Shown: positions 1 through 10,193, numbered from the stretch's first letter. The stretch: 64,000 nt of DNA from a virus (IMGVR_UViG_3300045974_000156:1-64000); one strand, 5' to 3'. Program-made: numbers and translations. The notes: generated by a model from the letters alone, not told the origin.

Positions 1-177
1 GTAGCAGGTATGGCTAAAAAGGCAGGACTACAGTCCCAGGGGGCACCAAACGTCCCAGTACCACCAAAGGCAGCAGGTTCCTCCGGTCAACCTAACGCAG
101 CATCGGTTCCGGCATCTCAGCCAGGACAAGCCAAGCCAAAACAAGCTCAACCGGGGCAGGCATCAGGTATAAAATAA
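1..177 (+). CDS. 3' end of an upstream gene; Pro/Gln/Ala-rich low-complexity tail (partial)
   Basis: Frame 1 is open from the window edge (VAGMAKKAGLQSQGAPNVPVPPK...QASGIK) to TAA at 175-177. Confidence 0.7.
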   Translation, partial: VAGMAKKAGLQSQGAPNVPVPPKAAGSSGQPNAASVPASQPGQAKPKQAQPGQASGIK

Positions 178-206
178 TTGATTTTATAGGCTGAGTAGTT
201 TATATT
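178..206 (+). promoter_or_regulatory. sigma70-like promoter for the terminase genes
   Basis: TTGATT(178-183)-17 bp-TATATT(201-206). Confidence 0.6.
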
Positions 207-237
207 CGTGAACAAGTGAGTTACGAACAGGATAACT

Positions 238-1017
238 ATGTCCGATGATGATAAGCAGAACCCCAAGTCCAAATCTAAACAGCCTTATAAATTACCAGGC
301 GGTGTAGGGTTCCATAGAGTAAAGAACTTAAAATGCTTCCCAGAAGTTAGGGAGCGTCTTGCTGATGGATGGTCTCTAGGCAATATAGCTGATTTAATTC
401 AAAAAGAGCACGATGAATATACTGATATAACAAAGCAGTCACTAGTCTCTATATTACACAGATATAGGAAGTCTATACCTCCAGGGGAACTAGCCCGAAA
501 AGCTATGCCCGCTGCTATACAAAACGCAGTTTTGGAAGTATCTGAGAGTCTTGATGAGATCAAAGCATTAAAAGATCTATACGACCTTCAGATAGAGCGC
601 ATCAAGATAGACTTCGGAACAGAAAAGAAAATAGGTAAGCTATTAGGCTCCCTGACACAAGACATTAGGACCCTGCGTGAGATAGTAGAGTCTAGTGCCA
701 AGCTTAAGTCTGACAAGGGGCTCATACCTAAGAATCTAGGCACGATGACCCACGAGATCCAAGGCGGCATTATGCACGCAGACGTATCTAATGTAGTCAC
801 ATCAAAGGTCTTGGAAGACCCCCAGAGTCGCAGCAAGGTTCTGAGCCTGATGCAAAAATTCATGAATCAGTCTAGCAAGATTGACATGGATGAAGTTAAT
901 AAAGCCATGACTCAGCTTCCCCAAGAAGCCAGCAAACAAATAGTAGATCTGGATAATATGGATGCAGAAGAATTGCTTAAGGAAACAGAACAAGAAGACA
1001 AGTCGGACGAATCCTAA
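238..1017 (+). CDS. putative terminase small subunit
   Basis: Lies directly upstream of TerL and overlaps it (TAATG). Has an N-terminal HTH-like segment (GWSLGNIADLIQ...ITKQSLVSILHRYRK) and a helical middle. The call is mainly positional. Confidence 0.55.
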   Translation: MSDDDKQNPKSKSKQPYKLPGGVGFHRVKNLKCFPEVRERLADGWSLGNIADLIQKEHDEYTDITKQSLVSILHRYRKSIPPGELARKAMPAAIQNAVLEVSESLDEIKALKDLYDLQIERIKIDFGTEKKIGKLLGSLTQDIRTLREIVESSAKLKSDKGLIPKNLGTMTHEIQGGIMHADVSNVVTSKVLEDPQSRSKVLSLMQKFMNQSSKIDMDEVNKAMTQLPQEASKQIVDLDNMDAEELLKETEQEDKSDES

Positions 1018-3041
1018 TGGCTGTTTCGTATAATAACGGAAGATATCGCAGCGAGATATCTCAAGAAGAAATAGCCAAGGATCTAGCTACCGAGATGGCT
1101 AGGTTGTCCCCGGTAGAGCGGTCTGCATTTGAACAAATAATGAAAGAGATGCAACAGAGCAGCAAGAGCAAGACACTTCAGACACTATTTAATTTAGAGT
1201 ACAAGTCACCACCAGTAGATCTCAGAACCTTCGTATATGATCCCGAGTATCTTGGCGAGACTTGCGATGTTTTATATCCTAAATTATTCAATGACTTACA
1301 TGAATTATTTGGTGGCGCATATCAAGAATGTATTTTAAGTGGCTCGATCGGATGGGGTAAAAGCTATCTTGCAAGTATAGGTATTTGCTACATTATTTAT
1401 CTTATTTCTTTACTTAGGGACCCTCAGAAGTCTCTCGGACTAAGCTCTGGATCTACCATAGACATCGTTGTTTTCTCCACCACAGAAGAACTAGCCCGCA
1501 AGGTCGCGTTCGACAATATTGTTAGTAAGATAAATGCTAGCCCTTATTTCGCAAAGAACTTCCCGTATAGGGAAACCAAGAAAGAACTTACCTTCCCTAA
1601 TAACGTCCGGGTAGCCCCAAGATCTACCAACGGAGAGTCAGCCCTCGGTCTAAACGTCTATGCGTTCTTCTTAGACGAAGCTGACTTCATGGGGCAGAAG
1701 AAAACTAAGAATACAGTTAACGGTGACGTAGATAAGGCAGAATCGATTTACAATATTATTAAGCGCCGTATGAAGTCTCGGTTCCAGAGGCAGGGTAAGT
1801 TACCCGGCATGATGTTCGTGGTTTCTTCTAAGAATACTTCAGATTCGTTTAGTGCCAGACTTATAAAACAATCAATGAATGACACTACTGTCTTTGTAAG
1901 AGATTATGCCACATGGGACGTAAAGCCTGAGCATTATTTTAGTTCTGGATGGTTTCATGTATTAGTAGGGAATGAACAGATAGAGTCCAAGATATTATCA
2001 AAAGAAGAAGCTGAACAATATTTAAAAGAAGGTGCGCCTGAAGGTTGTGTTTTTATAAAAGTTCCAGAAGATTTTAGGGCTGACTTCGTAAGAGACCTTG
2101 AGGGCAGTTGCAAAGATCTGGCCGGGATAGCAGTTATATCAGTTAGTCCATTTATACAAAAAAGAGATACCATAATTAAGGCTGTAAATTTAGGCAAACA
2201 GATGTATGGACCCAGCTTCACGCACCCATTTACGTCTATATCCTTTGAATCAGGCAGTAACGATAGAATAATATGGGATAGACTAGTAACACATGCCAGC
2301 CCTAGAGACTTTCTAGGTAGAGTAGGTCAGGTTTGGCAGCCCATCAGGAATCCCGGTGCGACTAGAAATATACATATAGATCCGTCTTTCACGAACGACT
2401 GTACCGGGTTCTGCATGGCTCATGTTAGTGGATATAAAAATGTCATAAGACGGGCTGGTGACGGTACAGAGTACAGGGAGCGAGCACCTGTCTATGTAGT
2501 AGACTTAGTATTACAGATAACACCACCCACGGGTGGCGAGATCATGATGGGCGATGTGCGCCAGTTCGTATATGACCTATCTGACCATGGGTTTATCATT
2601 GGTCAGATAACGTCAGATACCTATCAATCTAGGGATGGGCTTCAGATCTTATCTCAAAAAGGGTATAGCGCCAGCACCCTATCAGTAGATAAGACGACGG
2701 ATCCTTATGATAATCTAAAACTAGCCCTGTATGAAGAACGACTGCTCATGTACGACTATCAGCCTCTTAAAGATGAATTAATTGCTCTACAGAGAGATGT
2801 CGTTAAACGCAAGATTGACCACCCACCTAACGGTTCAAAAGATCTTGGTGATGCCTTGGCTGGTTGTCTATTTTCTCTTTCCCAGGTCTCGATAGCTGAT
2901 CCACTACCCATTCTAAAGTCCAGCACATCAACCGGACCTATGGTATCCGAATACGGAGCCCCGCTCTCGGAGGATAACAACTGGCATGATGTCATGCCTG
3001 CAATCTTTATAGGTGGTCGAGGCTTTGGTGAAGAAGAGTAA
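1017..3041 (+). CDS. terL: terminase large subunit
   Basis: Walker A GSIGWGKS, Walker B FFLDEAD, coupling motif VSS, nuclease acidic motifs IHIDPS and GSKDLGDALAG; followed by the portal gene. Confidence 0.93.
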   Translation: MAVSYNNGRYRSEISQEEIAKDLATEMARLSPVERSAFEQIMKEMQQSSKSKTLQTLFNLEYKSPPVDLRTFVYDPEYLGETCDVLYPKLFNDLHELFGGAYQECILSGSIGWGKSYLASIGICYIIYLISLLRDPQKSLGLSSGSTIDIVVFSTTEELARKVAFDNIVSKINASPYFAKNFPYRETKKELTFPNNVRVAPRSTNGESALGLNVYAFFLDEADFMGQKKTKNTVNGDVDKAESIYNIIKRRMKSRFQRQGKLPGMMFVVSSKNTSDSFSARLIKQSMNDTTVFVRDYATWDVKPEHYFSSGWFHVLVGNEQIESKILSKEEAEQYLKEGAPEGCVFIKVPEDFRADFVRDLEGSCKDLAGIAVISVSPFIQKRDTIIKAVNLGKQMYGPSFTHPFTSISFESGSNDRIIWDRLVTHASPRDFLGRVGQVWQPIRNPGATRNIHIDPSFTNDCTGFCMAHVSGYKNVIRRAGDGTEYRERAPVYVVDLVLQITPPTGGEIMMGDVRQFVYDLSDHGFIIGQITSDTYQSRDGLQILSQKGYSASTLSVDKTTDPYDNLKLALYEERLLMYDYQPLKDELIALQRDVVKRKIDHPPNGSKDLGDALAGCLFSLSQVSIADPLPILKSSTSTGPMVSEYGAPLSEDNNWHDVMPAIFIGGRGFGEEE

Positions 3042-3053
3042 ATATGCTAGAAT
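3025..3053 (+). promoter_or_regulatory. extended -10 promoter for the portal gene
   Basis: TTGGTG-17 bp-TAGAAT(3048-3053), with TG at 3045-3046. Confidence 0.5.
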
Positions 3054-3083
3054 GTTCTGAAATATCCCTCCCGGGAGCATAAT

Positions 3084-4910
3084 TTGGGCTTTATAAACAG
3101 GCTTGCTGGTCCTCTCCGGAGGGCCTTTTCATATAACAAGGACCAGCAGAATTCAATTCTAGCAAAGGGATCCCTATACCCACCGAATTTACCCGGAGGC
3201 ATACTTTCGGGTTACGACGGGCAAGGTATTACAGATAGTCTCAGATTAGATTATGATCTTCTTAGTGCTTATGCCGATTATGAGGGCATGGACAACTATG
3301 ATTTGATTTCCAGCGCCTTAGATATTCTAGCCAACGATGTCACGCAGCTAGATTATTCCAACGGAAAGTGCATGTGGACTACTTCCAAGGACGAGAATAT
3401 CAAGATTGTCCTAGACGACCTGTGGCACAAGACTCTCAGGATCGAAGAAGAGGCGTGGGAAATAGCCCGCACAATGGTAAAAATGGGGAATAATTACGAG
3501 GAGATTCTAGTTAATGACAAGGGCGTTTGTGGACTTAATTTCCTAGATCCAAAAACAATCAGGAGAATAGAAGGACCCTACGGTAACTTAGTAGGATTTG
3601 TTCAGGATTTCTCAGGAAAGACCGGATATACACCAGAAGAATACGAACGTGTATTACAAGCCAGTAGGGGCAGAGATAAGACCAGCAAATTTGAGATGAA
3701 CATGGCTATTACTGCTCTGGAACCCTGGGAAGTTACACATTTTAGGCTCAGGAGTAAAAATAGAAGATCTGCTTACGGTGTGAGCCAGATGGATGGAGCC
3801 CGGTGGGTCTGGAAGCGCCTGATGCTCTTAGAAGATGCCGCTACTGTATTCAGGGTCCAACGCGCTCCAGAACGTTATGCCTTCTATGTAGATGTCGGAG
3901 ACTTGCCCGCCAAGGAAGCACTTGCTTACCTGAATCAAGTCAGGTCGATGCACAAGAAAAAGAAGATGATAGATCCCCAGACAGGAAAGATGTCTCTCAG
4001 ATGGGAAGCTATATCTCCAGAAGAAGACATGTATATCCCGGTTCGCAAGGGAGTTCAGGGAGCCAGAGTAGAAGTTTTGCAAAGTCCCGCATGGCAATCG
4101 ACGGAAGACTTGAACTATTTTCAGGATAAATTATTCGGAGCCATGAAGGTTCCCAAGAGCTATCTAGCTCACGAAGCAGGCGTAGCCAAGGCAAGCCTAA
4201 GCAGCCAGGATGTAAATTTTGCAAAGACAGTTCTGCGTATCCAGCGTGAAATGAAAAACGGCTTTAAGAAAGTAGCTCGCACACATTTGGCAGCCCTAGG
4301 TATAGATCCATACGATGTTGATTACGACCTGAAGATGACAGTACCTTCTGCCATATTCGAGCTAGCCCAGCAAGAAGTCAGGGTAGCTCGCGCAGATCTG
4401 GCAAATAGGATGAAGGCAGACGTTTCACAATACTGGCTACTCTCTAACGTCTATAGTCTTAGTGATGATGAGATTAAAAATATATTCTTGCAGCAAAAAG
4501 AAGACATAGAGCGTCAAGCCAAGAACCAAGCCGCTGCCCAGTCAGCCATGGCACCTCCCGGCGGCGGAATGCCGATGGGACCCCCGGGTGGCGCACCCGG
4601 AATGCCGATGGGAGCCTCAGGAGCCCCAATGGGACCGCCGCCCGGAGCAGGACAGCCCCAAGCCCCAGTATCACCAGAACAAGCGGCTCAGATGCCCCCA
4701 GCGGCTCAAGAGAGCCTTCGACTCACAGGTCTACGAACACCGGGTTATGGGCGTATGACAGAGCAGCAGTTATTTGCAGGAAACAGAGAACATGAGAAAC
4801 GCTTAGAGGATAAATTTGATAAAATGCTACAGTCTGATAAGCTGACTCAACACAGGTTAATGGAAATCGGACAATTACTTGGCGAGCTTAGATCCGCCAG
4901 CAAACGTTAA
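3084..4910 (+). CDS. gp20: portal protein, T4 gp20 family, with Pro/Gly/Met-rich C-terminal tail
   Basis: Motifs YEGMDNYDLISSALDILAND, LMLLEDA...RAPERYAFYVDVGDLP, EDMYIPVRKG, DLNYFQDKLFGAMKVPKSYL. TTG start with GGGAG RBS. Confidence 0.93.
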   Translation: MGFINRLAGPLRRAFSYNKDQQNSILAKGSLYPPNLPGGILSGYDGQGITDSLRLDYDLLSAYADYEGMDNYDLISSALDILANDVTQLDYSNGKCMWTTSKDENIKIVLDDLWHKTLRIEEEAWEIARTMVKMGNNYEEILVNDKGVCGLNFLDPKTIRRIEGPYGNLVGFVQDFSGKTGYTPEEYERVLQASRGRDKTSKFEMNMAITALEPWEVTHFRLRSKNRRSAYGVSQMDGARWVWKRLMLLEDAATVFRVQRAPERYAFYVDVGDLPAKEALAYLNQVRSMHKKKKMIDPQTGKMSLRWEAISPEEDMYIPVRKGVQGARVEVLQSPAWQSTEDLNYFQDKLFGAMKVPKSYLAHEAGVAKASLSSQDVNFAKTVLRIQREMKNGFKKVARTHLAALGIDPYDVDYDLKMTVPSAIFELAQQEVRVARADLANRMKADVSQYWLLSNVYSLSDDEIKNIFLQQKEDIERQAKNQAAAQSAMAPPGGGMPMGPPGGAPGMPMGASGAPMGPPPGAGQPQAPVSPEQAAQMPPAAQESLRLTGLRTPGYGRMTEQQLFAGNREHEKRLEDKFDKMLQSDKLTQHRLMEIGQLLGELRSASKR

Positions 4911-4919
4911 GGAGTAGTC

Positions 4920-5789
4920 ATGGCAGACATGATCGTATCACCATCACTCTTGGAACCCTTAGTAAAGGGCTCTTATGAGCAGCTTTCTGGAAAAATAAAC
5001 GAGGCTGTAAGCAGAGATAGTGAGAATATCTTTGGTACCGGAACCGAAAAAGTAAGAATAATAGGCACTTTCAAGAATCATGTCATAGTAGTCAACGAAC
5101 ACGCAAAATTTGCAAAGGTCATGTTTGAGCAGACGGACACAGACCAGATAGTCATAACCGGTTTTAATAAACTAGATATCCCTGTAGTTGAATCCGGAGA
5201 TAAGCTGGTAGAAGCTAATTCAGGTCTAGCCAGTAAAGCAATAATGGAAGGCAGCACCGACCTAGCCAGATCCTTGATTCATGACATGATGCGTATGTCC
5301 TCAGGGGATAGAGATCAGGCTAGCAAGATCAAAGTAAACATGTACATGAACGATCTACCCTCAATTTCAGAAACACTAGATACGGTTCAGAAGATGGGGT
5401 TTGAATCGTATAAGAATGAGTACGAAGGCAAGTACACCAGTTTAGTATTAGATCCAGCTTATGCTATGGATCATAGGGTCGGTGAGGCGGTTACTCAGAA
5501 TCTAAACAATCTTCTAAATAATTATTACGAGATGTCTGAGCAAACCCTAGCACTTGTTGCAAAAATGACCAAAGTGACCGAAAATGACCCTACCAATGCT
5601 GAATTGAAGACTTTTATGGAATCCTTTGCAGATGATGTCTCAAAATCACATAGCGCCATGGCTACCTCTATGGCAGACGTTAGATCAATTCAGGCTCTTG
5701 GTATGTTATATGATGTCTCTGCGGAAAGATTCCAGAAGCAAGCGCACGTATTTAGACAACTTTCAAATGCCGTAGGAACTATAACCTAA
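4920..5789 (+). CDS. hypothetical head-assembly/prohead protein
   Basis: AAGGAG RBS; between portal and protease; several L/I/F-x-E motifs (KLVEAN, AIMEGS, TFMES). Confidence 0.6.
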   Translation: MADMIVSPSLLEPLVKGSYEQLSGKINEAVSRDSENIFGTGTEKVRIIGTFKNHVIVVNEHAKFAKVMFEQTDTDQIVITGFNKLDIPVVESGDKLVEANSGLASKAIMEGSTDLARSLIHDMMRMSSGDRDQASKIKVNMYMNDLPSISETLDTVQKMGFESYKNEYEGKYTSLVLDPAYAMDHRVGEAVTQNLNNLLNNYYEMSEQTLALVAKMTKVTENDPTNAELKTFMESFADDVSKSHSAMATSMADVRSIQALGMLYDVSAERFQKQAHVFRQLSNAVGTIT

Positions 5790-5806
5790 GGCAAGGAGCA
5801 TTAAAA

Positions 5807-6682
5807 ATGGCACGCAAACCCTTTAGAGTAACAGCATTGCACGAAGACCTCCTCAAAATAGGTCTAATTTCCGAGGAAGACGCTCACGCCGCCGAAGCTG
5901 AAGCCCAGGCTGCTGAACAAGAAGCCGAAGAAGTTAAGGACTTGGACGACAAGTTAGCCCACGAAGGCGACGAAATCGAGCACCAGGGCGAGGAAGACCA
6001 CAACCCAGAAGAGGAAGAAGAAGGACACAAGGTAGAAACAGAAGCCGAGGAAGCCGAGGAGCACGCTCGCAAATTAGAGCAGAAGGTAGCCGAACTAGAG
6101 AAGAAGCTAGCCTCCCTAGAGATGCACCACGATTCTAATTCACCACCCCCTGAAAATAAGAACCCAATGCACGTTCAAAAGCCTGCGGGCGCTGCACTAG
6201 GTATGCTAGGACAGCAGGAGAGCGCCGCACAGCGCATCAGCAATATGCTGGAGTCCTCAAAGCAGACTCTAGCCGAGTCCGATCAGGTTACCGCAGCAGA
6301 CGCCATCAAGGGCTTTGCACAGATCAGCCTAGTTGCTGATAAGCTAGCCGAGCGTCTTGCCGAAGTTGCCGTACAGCTACAGTCAGAGGAACTCGCCCAG
6401 TTCAGCGATGCCTATGACCAGCTAGCCGAAGAAGCTGCCGAGTCAGCCGAAACCCTACTTCACCTATCAGAGTCAGACGAAGACCTAAACGGCTCTGCAA
6501 TCGAAGAGGATTTCACCAGCATGACCAGCGCCCTCGTTGAAGGTCTAGAGATTTATGCAGACCTAGTTGAAGAGGATGAGTCAGAAGAAGACGACAAGAA
6601 GTGCAAGGATTGCGGCAAGGATCCCTGCGAGTGCGAGAAGGAAGAAGAGAAGGAAGAGAAAAAGGAAGAATCAAAAAAATAA
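5807..6682 (+). CDS. acidic prohead core/scaffold-like protein
   Basis: AAGGAG RBS, very Glu-rich, high-expression codon bias, many L-x-E motifs. Position equivalent to T4 genes 67/68. Ends TCA AAA AAA TAA. Confidence 0.7.
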   Translation: MARKPFRVTALHEDLLKIGLISEEDAHAAEAEAQAAEQEAEEVKDLDDKLAHEGDEIEHQGEEDHNPEEEEEGHKVETEAEEAEEHARKLEQKVAELEKKLASLEMHHDSNSPPPENKNPMHVQKPAGAALGMLGQQESAAQRISNMLESSKQTLAESDQVTAADAIKGFAQISLVADKLAERLAEVAVQLQSEELAQFSDAYDQLAEEAAESAETLLHLSESDEDLNGSAIEEDFTSMTSALVEGLEIYADLVEEDESEEDDKKCKDCGKDPCECEKEEEKEEKKEESKK

Positions 6683-6960
6683 TTCTCCGGGAGGGTAGGG
6701 TTGCTAGGAACGTAGATCCGGCTACAGGTGGTCCTGAAACGGGCAAGACAAGGACCACTAGAGGTCGGGAATACAACTATCGTAGCAACCGACTTAAGAA
6801 AATCGGAATAACTAAAGATTTTCTTCACCCTTTTAGGTATTTACGAAGAAAGGCTGGCGGTAGGTTTCACAGGATACTCGATATGAAACCTAACCGCCTA
6901 CGCCGAGACATAAAATTGCTAGGCAGGACGCCATACAAGTGGCGAAAATTCTTAAGATAG
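6679..6960 (+). CDS. Arg/Lys-rich 93-aa segment, probably translated as a -1 frameshift extension of the 5807 gene
   Basis: The open -1 frame fills the gap to the protease gene. No ATG/GTG/TTG in this frame after 6682 until near its end. Slippery A_AAA_AAA at 6673-6679. Confidence 0.65.
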   Translation: MILREGRVARNVDPATGGPETGKTRTTRGREYNYRSNRLKKIGITKDFLHPFRYLRRKAGGRFHRILDMKPNRLRRDIKLLGRTPYKWRKFLR

Positions 6961-6976
6961 TAAAGGTGATAAACAA

Positions 6977-8824
6977 ATGACTACCAAGAAACCAACGCTC
7001 AAGCCGGTCGATCTAGCCGAGAATGAGATTATTCAGGGCAGGGATCTGACCGAAGTAATCAGCATAGGCGAATATAAGGTCATTCAGGAAGATACAGGAA
7101 TCGGCAAGCCCAAGAAGATCAAGCTTGAGGGTCATTTTGGTAATGTCGATATTCCTACCGCAAATGGTAGGAGTTATCCAAGGTCACTATGGGAGCGAGA
7201 GCTTGTTAAGCTAGCCCCGGTAGTTGAAAGCCGCTCCATGTACGGAGAGCTAGACCACCCCAGCGATGGCAGGACAATGCTCAGTCGTGCAAGTCACGTT
7301 ATCACTGGTCTAAAGATTGAGGGTCATCAGGTTATAGGTACTGCCGAGGTTTTGGGAACTACCGCAGGAAAGAATCTGGCAGCCCTGTTAGAAGGTGGTT
7401 GCAAAGTAGGTATCAGCAGCCGTGGATTCGGCAGCACCCGCCCCGGACCAAAGGGTGAGGACGTAGTTCAGGACGATTACAAGCTAGTTACTTTCGACCT
7501 AGTAGCAGACCCGGCAGCCGGAGCTTTCCCTGCCGTATTTATCGAGTCAAAGGGTAATAAGATCCCAGCACGCGCCCTCACGGCAGACCAACTAAAAGAT
7601 ATAAACCCATCTCTCTACCAGGAAATTCGTGAGTCTGTAAAGACAGAGCAGAAGGCACCACTGGAAGAGAGCGAAGATCTAAAGTCCAGATTATTGGATC
7701 AGGCTCGTGAAGCACTCAGGAGCGAATTCAGCCGCAGCATGGCGGTTCATATCGCAGAAGCAAAGGCTGATCTTCGTGAAGAAGTAAAGGCAGAACTCAT
7801 GGCAGACCCGACCGTAGCCGGTGCAGCCAAGGCTCTAGATAATATTAAGAAGGCTATCGCGCCGTTCATGACCAGCGGTTATGTCATGGAAGCCGCCCAG
7901 AGCCTCAAGTCTGGACGCCTGACTCTTGCCGAGAGCAAGAACCAGAAGATCATGGAAGACAAGCTAGCTCAGGCTAATAAGGAAATTGAAGACCTAACCG
8001 GCACTCTCCGCACAGTCGGATACAAGTACTACCTAGAAACTCTAGTTAACCAATACAACGACGCAGATGCCATCAGGAAGCTAGTTGGAGATGTTAGCAA
8101 GTTTGATACATCCGAAGAACTAAAAGCAGCCGTAGAGTCTGTTAAGCAGTCTCTTGATACTGAGAAATCCAAGTATGAGCAGGCTACCAAGAAATCAGAA
8201 AAGATCGTAGAGAGTGTTCAGAAAGAAAAGCAGGATAATCTATCCGGTGAACTAAAGGAATACCAGCGTAGAGAACAGTTAGCCATGAAGCGCCTGATGG
8301 AGATGGAGAACGAACTAAAGTCCCTGTCTAGCGAATTCCACAAGGCTCAGTCAATATCAGAGCAGGCTAACTCATCTGTACAGCAAGTAACCGAAGAGAA
8401 GGAAAAACTAAGCGCCAAGGTAGATCGCGCAGTACAGATCATAGAGTCATACGAACAGAAGATCGCAGCCTCTGAAACAGAAACCCAGAAGGTTAAGAAC
8501 GAGTCCGAAGCCCTCAAGTTAAAGCTCTACGCAGAGCAGAAGCTATCTAGACACCCGAAAGCTGGCAAGATCCGTGAAGTACTGGAAGCCTCTAATCCAC
8601 GCTCATCCAGAGACATAGACCAGATCGTTGATAAATTCCGTGAACCAGAAGTAGATTCTGATTTACTAGAAGATGTCAGAGCCAGAACAAAGATGATGTT
8701 GGGTCGCCCCGGTGGTCGTCAGAGCACCCCAATGGAAGAAGAAACAAGAGTAAACAGTAGACCAATCCCGGCAATCGGAATTACACCAAACGACTTCAAG
8801 AAACTAGCCGGTATCAAGGATTAA
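6977..8824 (+). CDS. gp21: prohead core protease (T4 gp21-like) fused to a coiled-coil scaffold (gp22-like)
   Basis: NGRSYPRSLWERE, GELDHPS, GISSRGFGS, LVTFDLVADP in the first ~190 aa, then ~420 aa of charged coiled coil. Confidence 0.9.
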   Translation: MTTKKPTLKPVDLAENEIIQGRDLTEVISIGEYKVIQEDTGIGKPKKIKLEGHFGNVDIPTANGRSYPRSLWERELVKLAPVVESRSMYGELDHPSDGRTMLSRASHVITGLKIEGHQVIGTAEVLGTTAGKNLAALLEGGCKVGISSRGFGSTRPGPKGEDVVQDDYKLVTFDLVADPAAGAFPAVFIESKGNKIPARALTADQLKDINPSLYQEIRESVKTEQKAPLEESEDLKSRLLDQAREALRSEFSRSMAVHIAEAKADLREEVKAELMADPTVAGAAKALDNIKKAIAPFMTSGYVMEAAQSLKSGRLTLAESKNQKIMEDKLAQANKEIEDLTGTLRTVGYKYYLETLVNQYNDADAIRKLVGDVSKFDTSEELKAAVESVKQSLDTEKSKYEQATKKSEKIVESVQKEKQDNLSGELKEYQRREQLAMKRLMEMENELKSLSSEFHKAQSISEQANSSVQQVTEEKEKLSAKVDRAVQIIESYEQKIAASETETQKVKNESEALKLKLYAEQKLSRHPKAGKIREVLEASNPRSSRDIDQIVDKFREPEVDSDLLEDVRARTKMMLGRPGGRQSTPMEEETRVNSRPIPAIGITPNDFKKLAGIKD

Positions 8825-8827
8825 TAA

Positions 8828-9460
8828 ATGCCGAAGAGTGCATATCTAGAGAATAAGACCATAGATTGGTTAAGGGGGCAGACATTCCTGTCTCCCCCTA
8901 CCAATACTTATCTTGGACTTCTAGTAGCCACTCGTGGGTATGCTAATTTAGTAAGACAGTCCATGGTATTTATGGGCGACACTGTAATACCGACCACTCC
9001 CAACGGTAGTGTATATTTATGCACTACTCAGGGCGTATGCGGTGGCACAGAGCCAGCTTGGAATACCGCCCCGGGTAGCACCACAGCAGACGGGGCGGCA
9101 GTATGGACTGAACAAACAAATGCTATAAAATCCGGTACGGTAGTGGAAGTTAATTTCACCGGTACGAATTATAGCAGGCTGGCTATACCGTCTAATATGA
9201 CGGTCTGGTCTGGAACCCAAGGGCTTGGAACAACAGGAGCCAGCGTAGGGACCAGCGGTCAAACCAGTAATAATTTCCAGCTAACTATGGCATTACCTAT
9301 AGGCTCTCAATGGGGGCTATGCTGGGCATCATGTTTATGGGATTCCGCAACTGGTGGGAATCTGTTATACTGGGGTCCGTTGGATAATCCTCAGTATGTT
9401 AATGCTAGCTCTATCGCACCAATAATTTCTGCTGCCGCATTAAGAATTACCGAGAACTAG
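8828..9460 (+). CDS. small virion fibre-subunit-like protein
   Basis: SAYLENKTIDWLRG...PTNTYLGL, EV...NYSR, WG...LWDSATGGNLLYWGPL. I recognise this pattern from small phage 'tail fibre'-type structural proteins; it has an inserted GTEPAW...TADGAAVWT subdomain. Confidence 0.65.
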   Translation: MPKSAYLENKTIDWLRGQTFLSPPTNTYLGLLVATRGYANLVRQSMVFMGDTVIPTTPNGSVYLCTTQGVCGGTEPAWNTAPGSTTADGAAVWTEQTNAIKSGTVVEVNFTGTNYSRLAIPSNMTVWSGTQGLGTTGASVGTSGQTSNNFQLTMALPIGSQWGLCWASCLWDSATGGNLLYWGPLDNPQYVNASSIAPIISAAALRITEN

Positions 9461-9462
9461 AC

Positions 9463-9491
9463 TTCACATCTTTTTGTTTTAGTGGTATGCT
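9463..9491 (+). promoter_or_regulatory. sigma70-like promoter for the 192-aa subunit gene
   Basis: TTCACA-17 bp-TATGCT with an extended TG. Confidence 0.65.
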
Positions 9492-9535
9492 CTTCTTAAC
9501 ACTTTTGGTCTCAAGGGACCTCTTAGGAGTACACA

Positions 9536-10114
9536 ATGGCAATTAAATCAAACGACAAGATTTCCCCTGCTGAAAAAACAGTAGCAGGTATGGCGATGGC
9601 CCGTAATGAGGGTGGCGAGATTTTCGGACCAAAGTTCAGCGCCGACGTAGAGTGCGTGAGTCCAGAAGGGGCCCAGTGGAAAGATCGCTGGAATAACGCA
9701 GTTCAGCTCCAGGGCAAGATCGACCTCATGAACCGCTACTTCGGCACCAACACCGGAGTTGGAGGTCTTTACAACACTTGGTACGTTGGTCTTCACTCCA
9801 TCAACGCAACCAACAACGTCGCAGCAAACATGGGCGCTTGGGTATCAGCCGAAGTTGGCGGCTACGGTACATCCCGTCTAGCCTTTACTAACACAGCCCC
9901 ATTCACTACTCAGTCTAGCACCTGGTCTCTCTCATACGCCTTCACCACCAACACCTACACCGTGTCTGGTCTAGCCGTCTGCAACTATCAGGGTTCCGCT
10001 ACCGGAAACAGCACTGCTGGTATCATCTACTCGATGGGCGTGTTCAACGCAGGTTCCCGTCAGGTAATGCAGGCAGATACTTTAAATGTTACCCTTACTT
10101 TGTCTATGCAGTAG
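9536..10114 (+). CDS. highly expressed small virion structural protein (candidate major filament subunit)
   Basis: AGGAG RBS, own promoter and terminator, capsid-like codon bias. Motifs VEC...WKDRWNNAV..QGK..L...F...WYVGL and C-terminal DTLNVTLTLS. Confidence 0.7.
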   Translation: MAIKSNDKISPAEKTVAGMAMARNEGGEIFGPKFSADVECVSPEGAQWKDRWNNAVQLQGKIDLMNRYFGTNTGVGGLYNTWYVGLHSINATNNVAANMGAWVSAEVGGYGTSRLAFTNTAPFTTQSSTWSLSYAFTTNTYTVSGLAVCNYQGSATGNSTAGIIYSMGVFNAGSRQVMQADTLNVTLTLSMQ

Positions 10115-10152
10115 GAACGCTTAATACGTAGGTTGATAGTAACACCATCATT

Positions 10153-10193
10153 GATGGCGGCACCCTAGAATGGGTGACCGCCATCTGTGTTTT
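10153..10193 (+). terminator. rho-independent terminator
   Basis: GATGGCGG-CACCC / GGGTG-A-CCGCCATC stem followed by TGTGTTTT. Confidence 0.75.

Noticed and set aside
6601-6960. Independent 119-aa gene starting at GTG 6601
   Set aside because: The start lies 82 nt inside the upstream gene without a clear SD, and its first 26 aa are the shifted reading of a GAA-rich tract. A frameshift extension explains it better.
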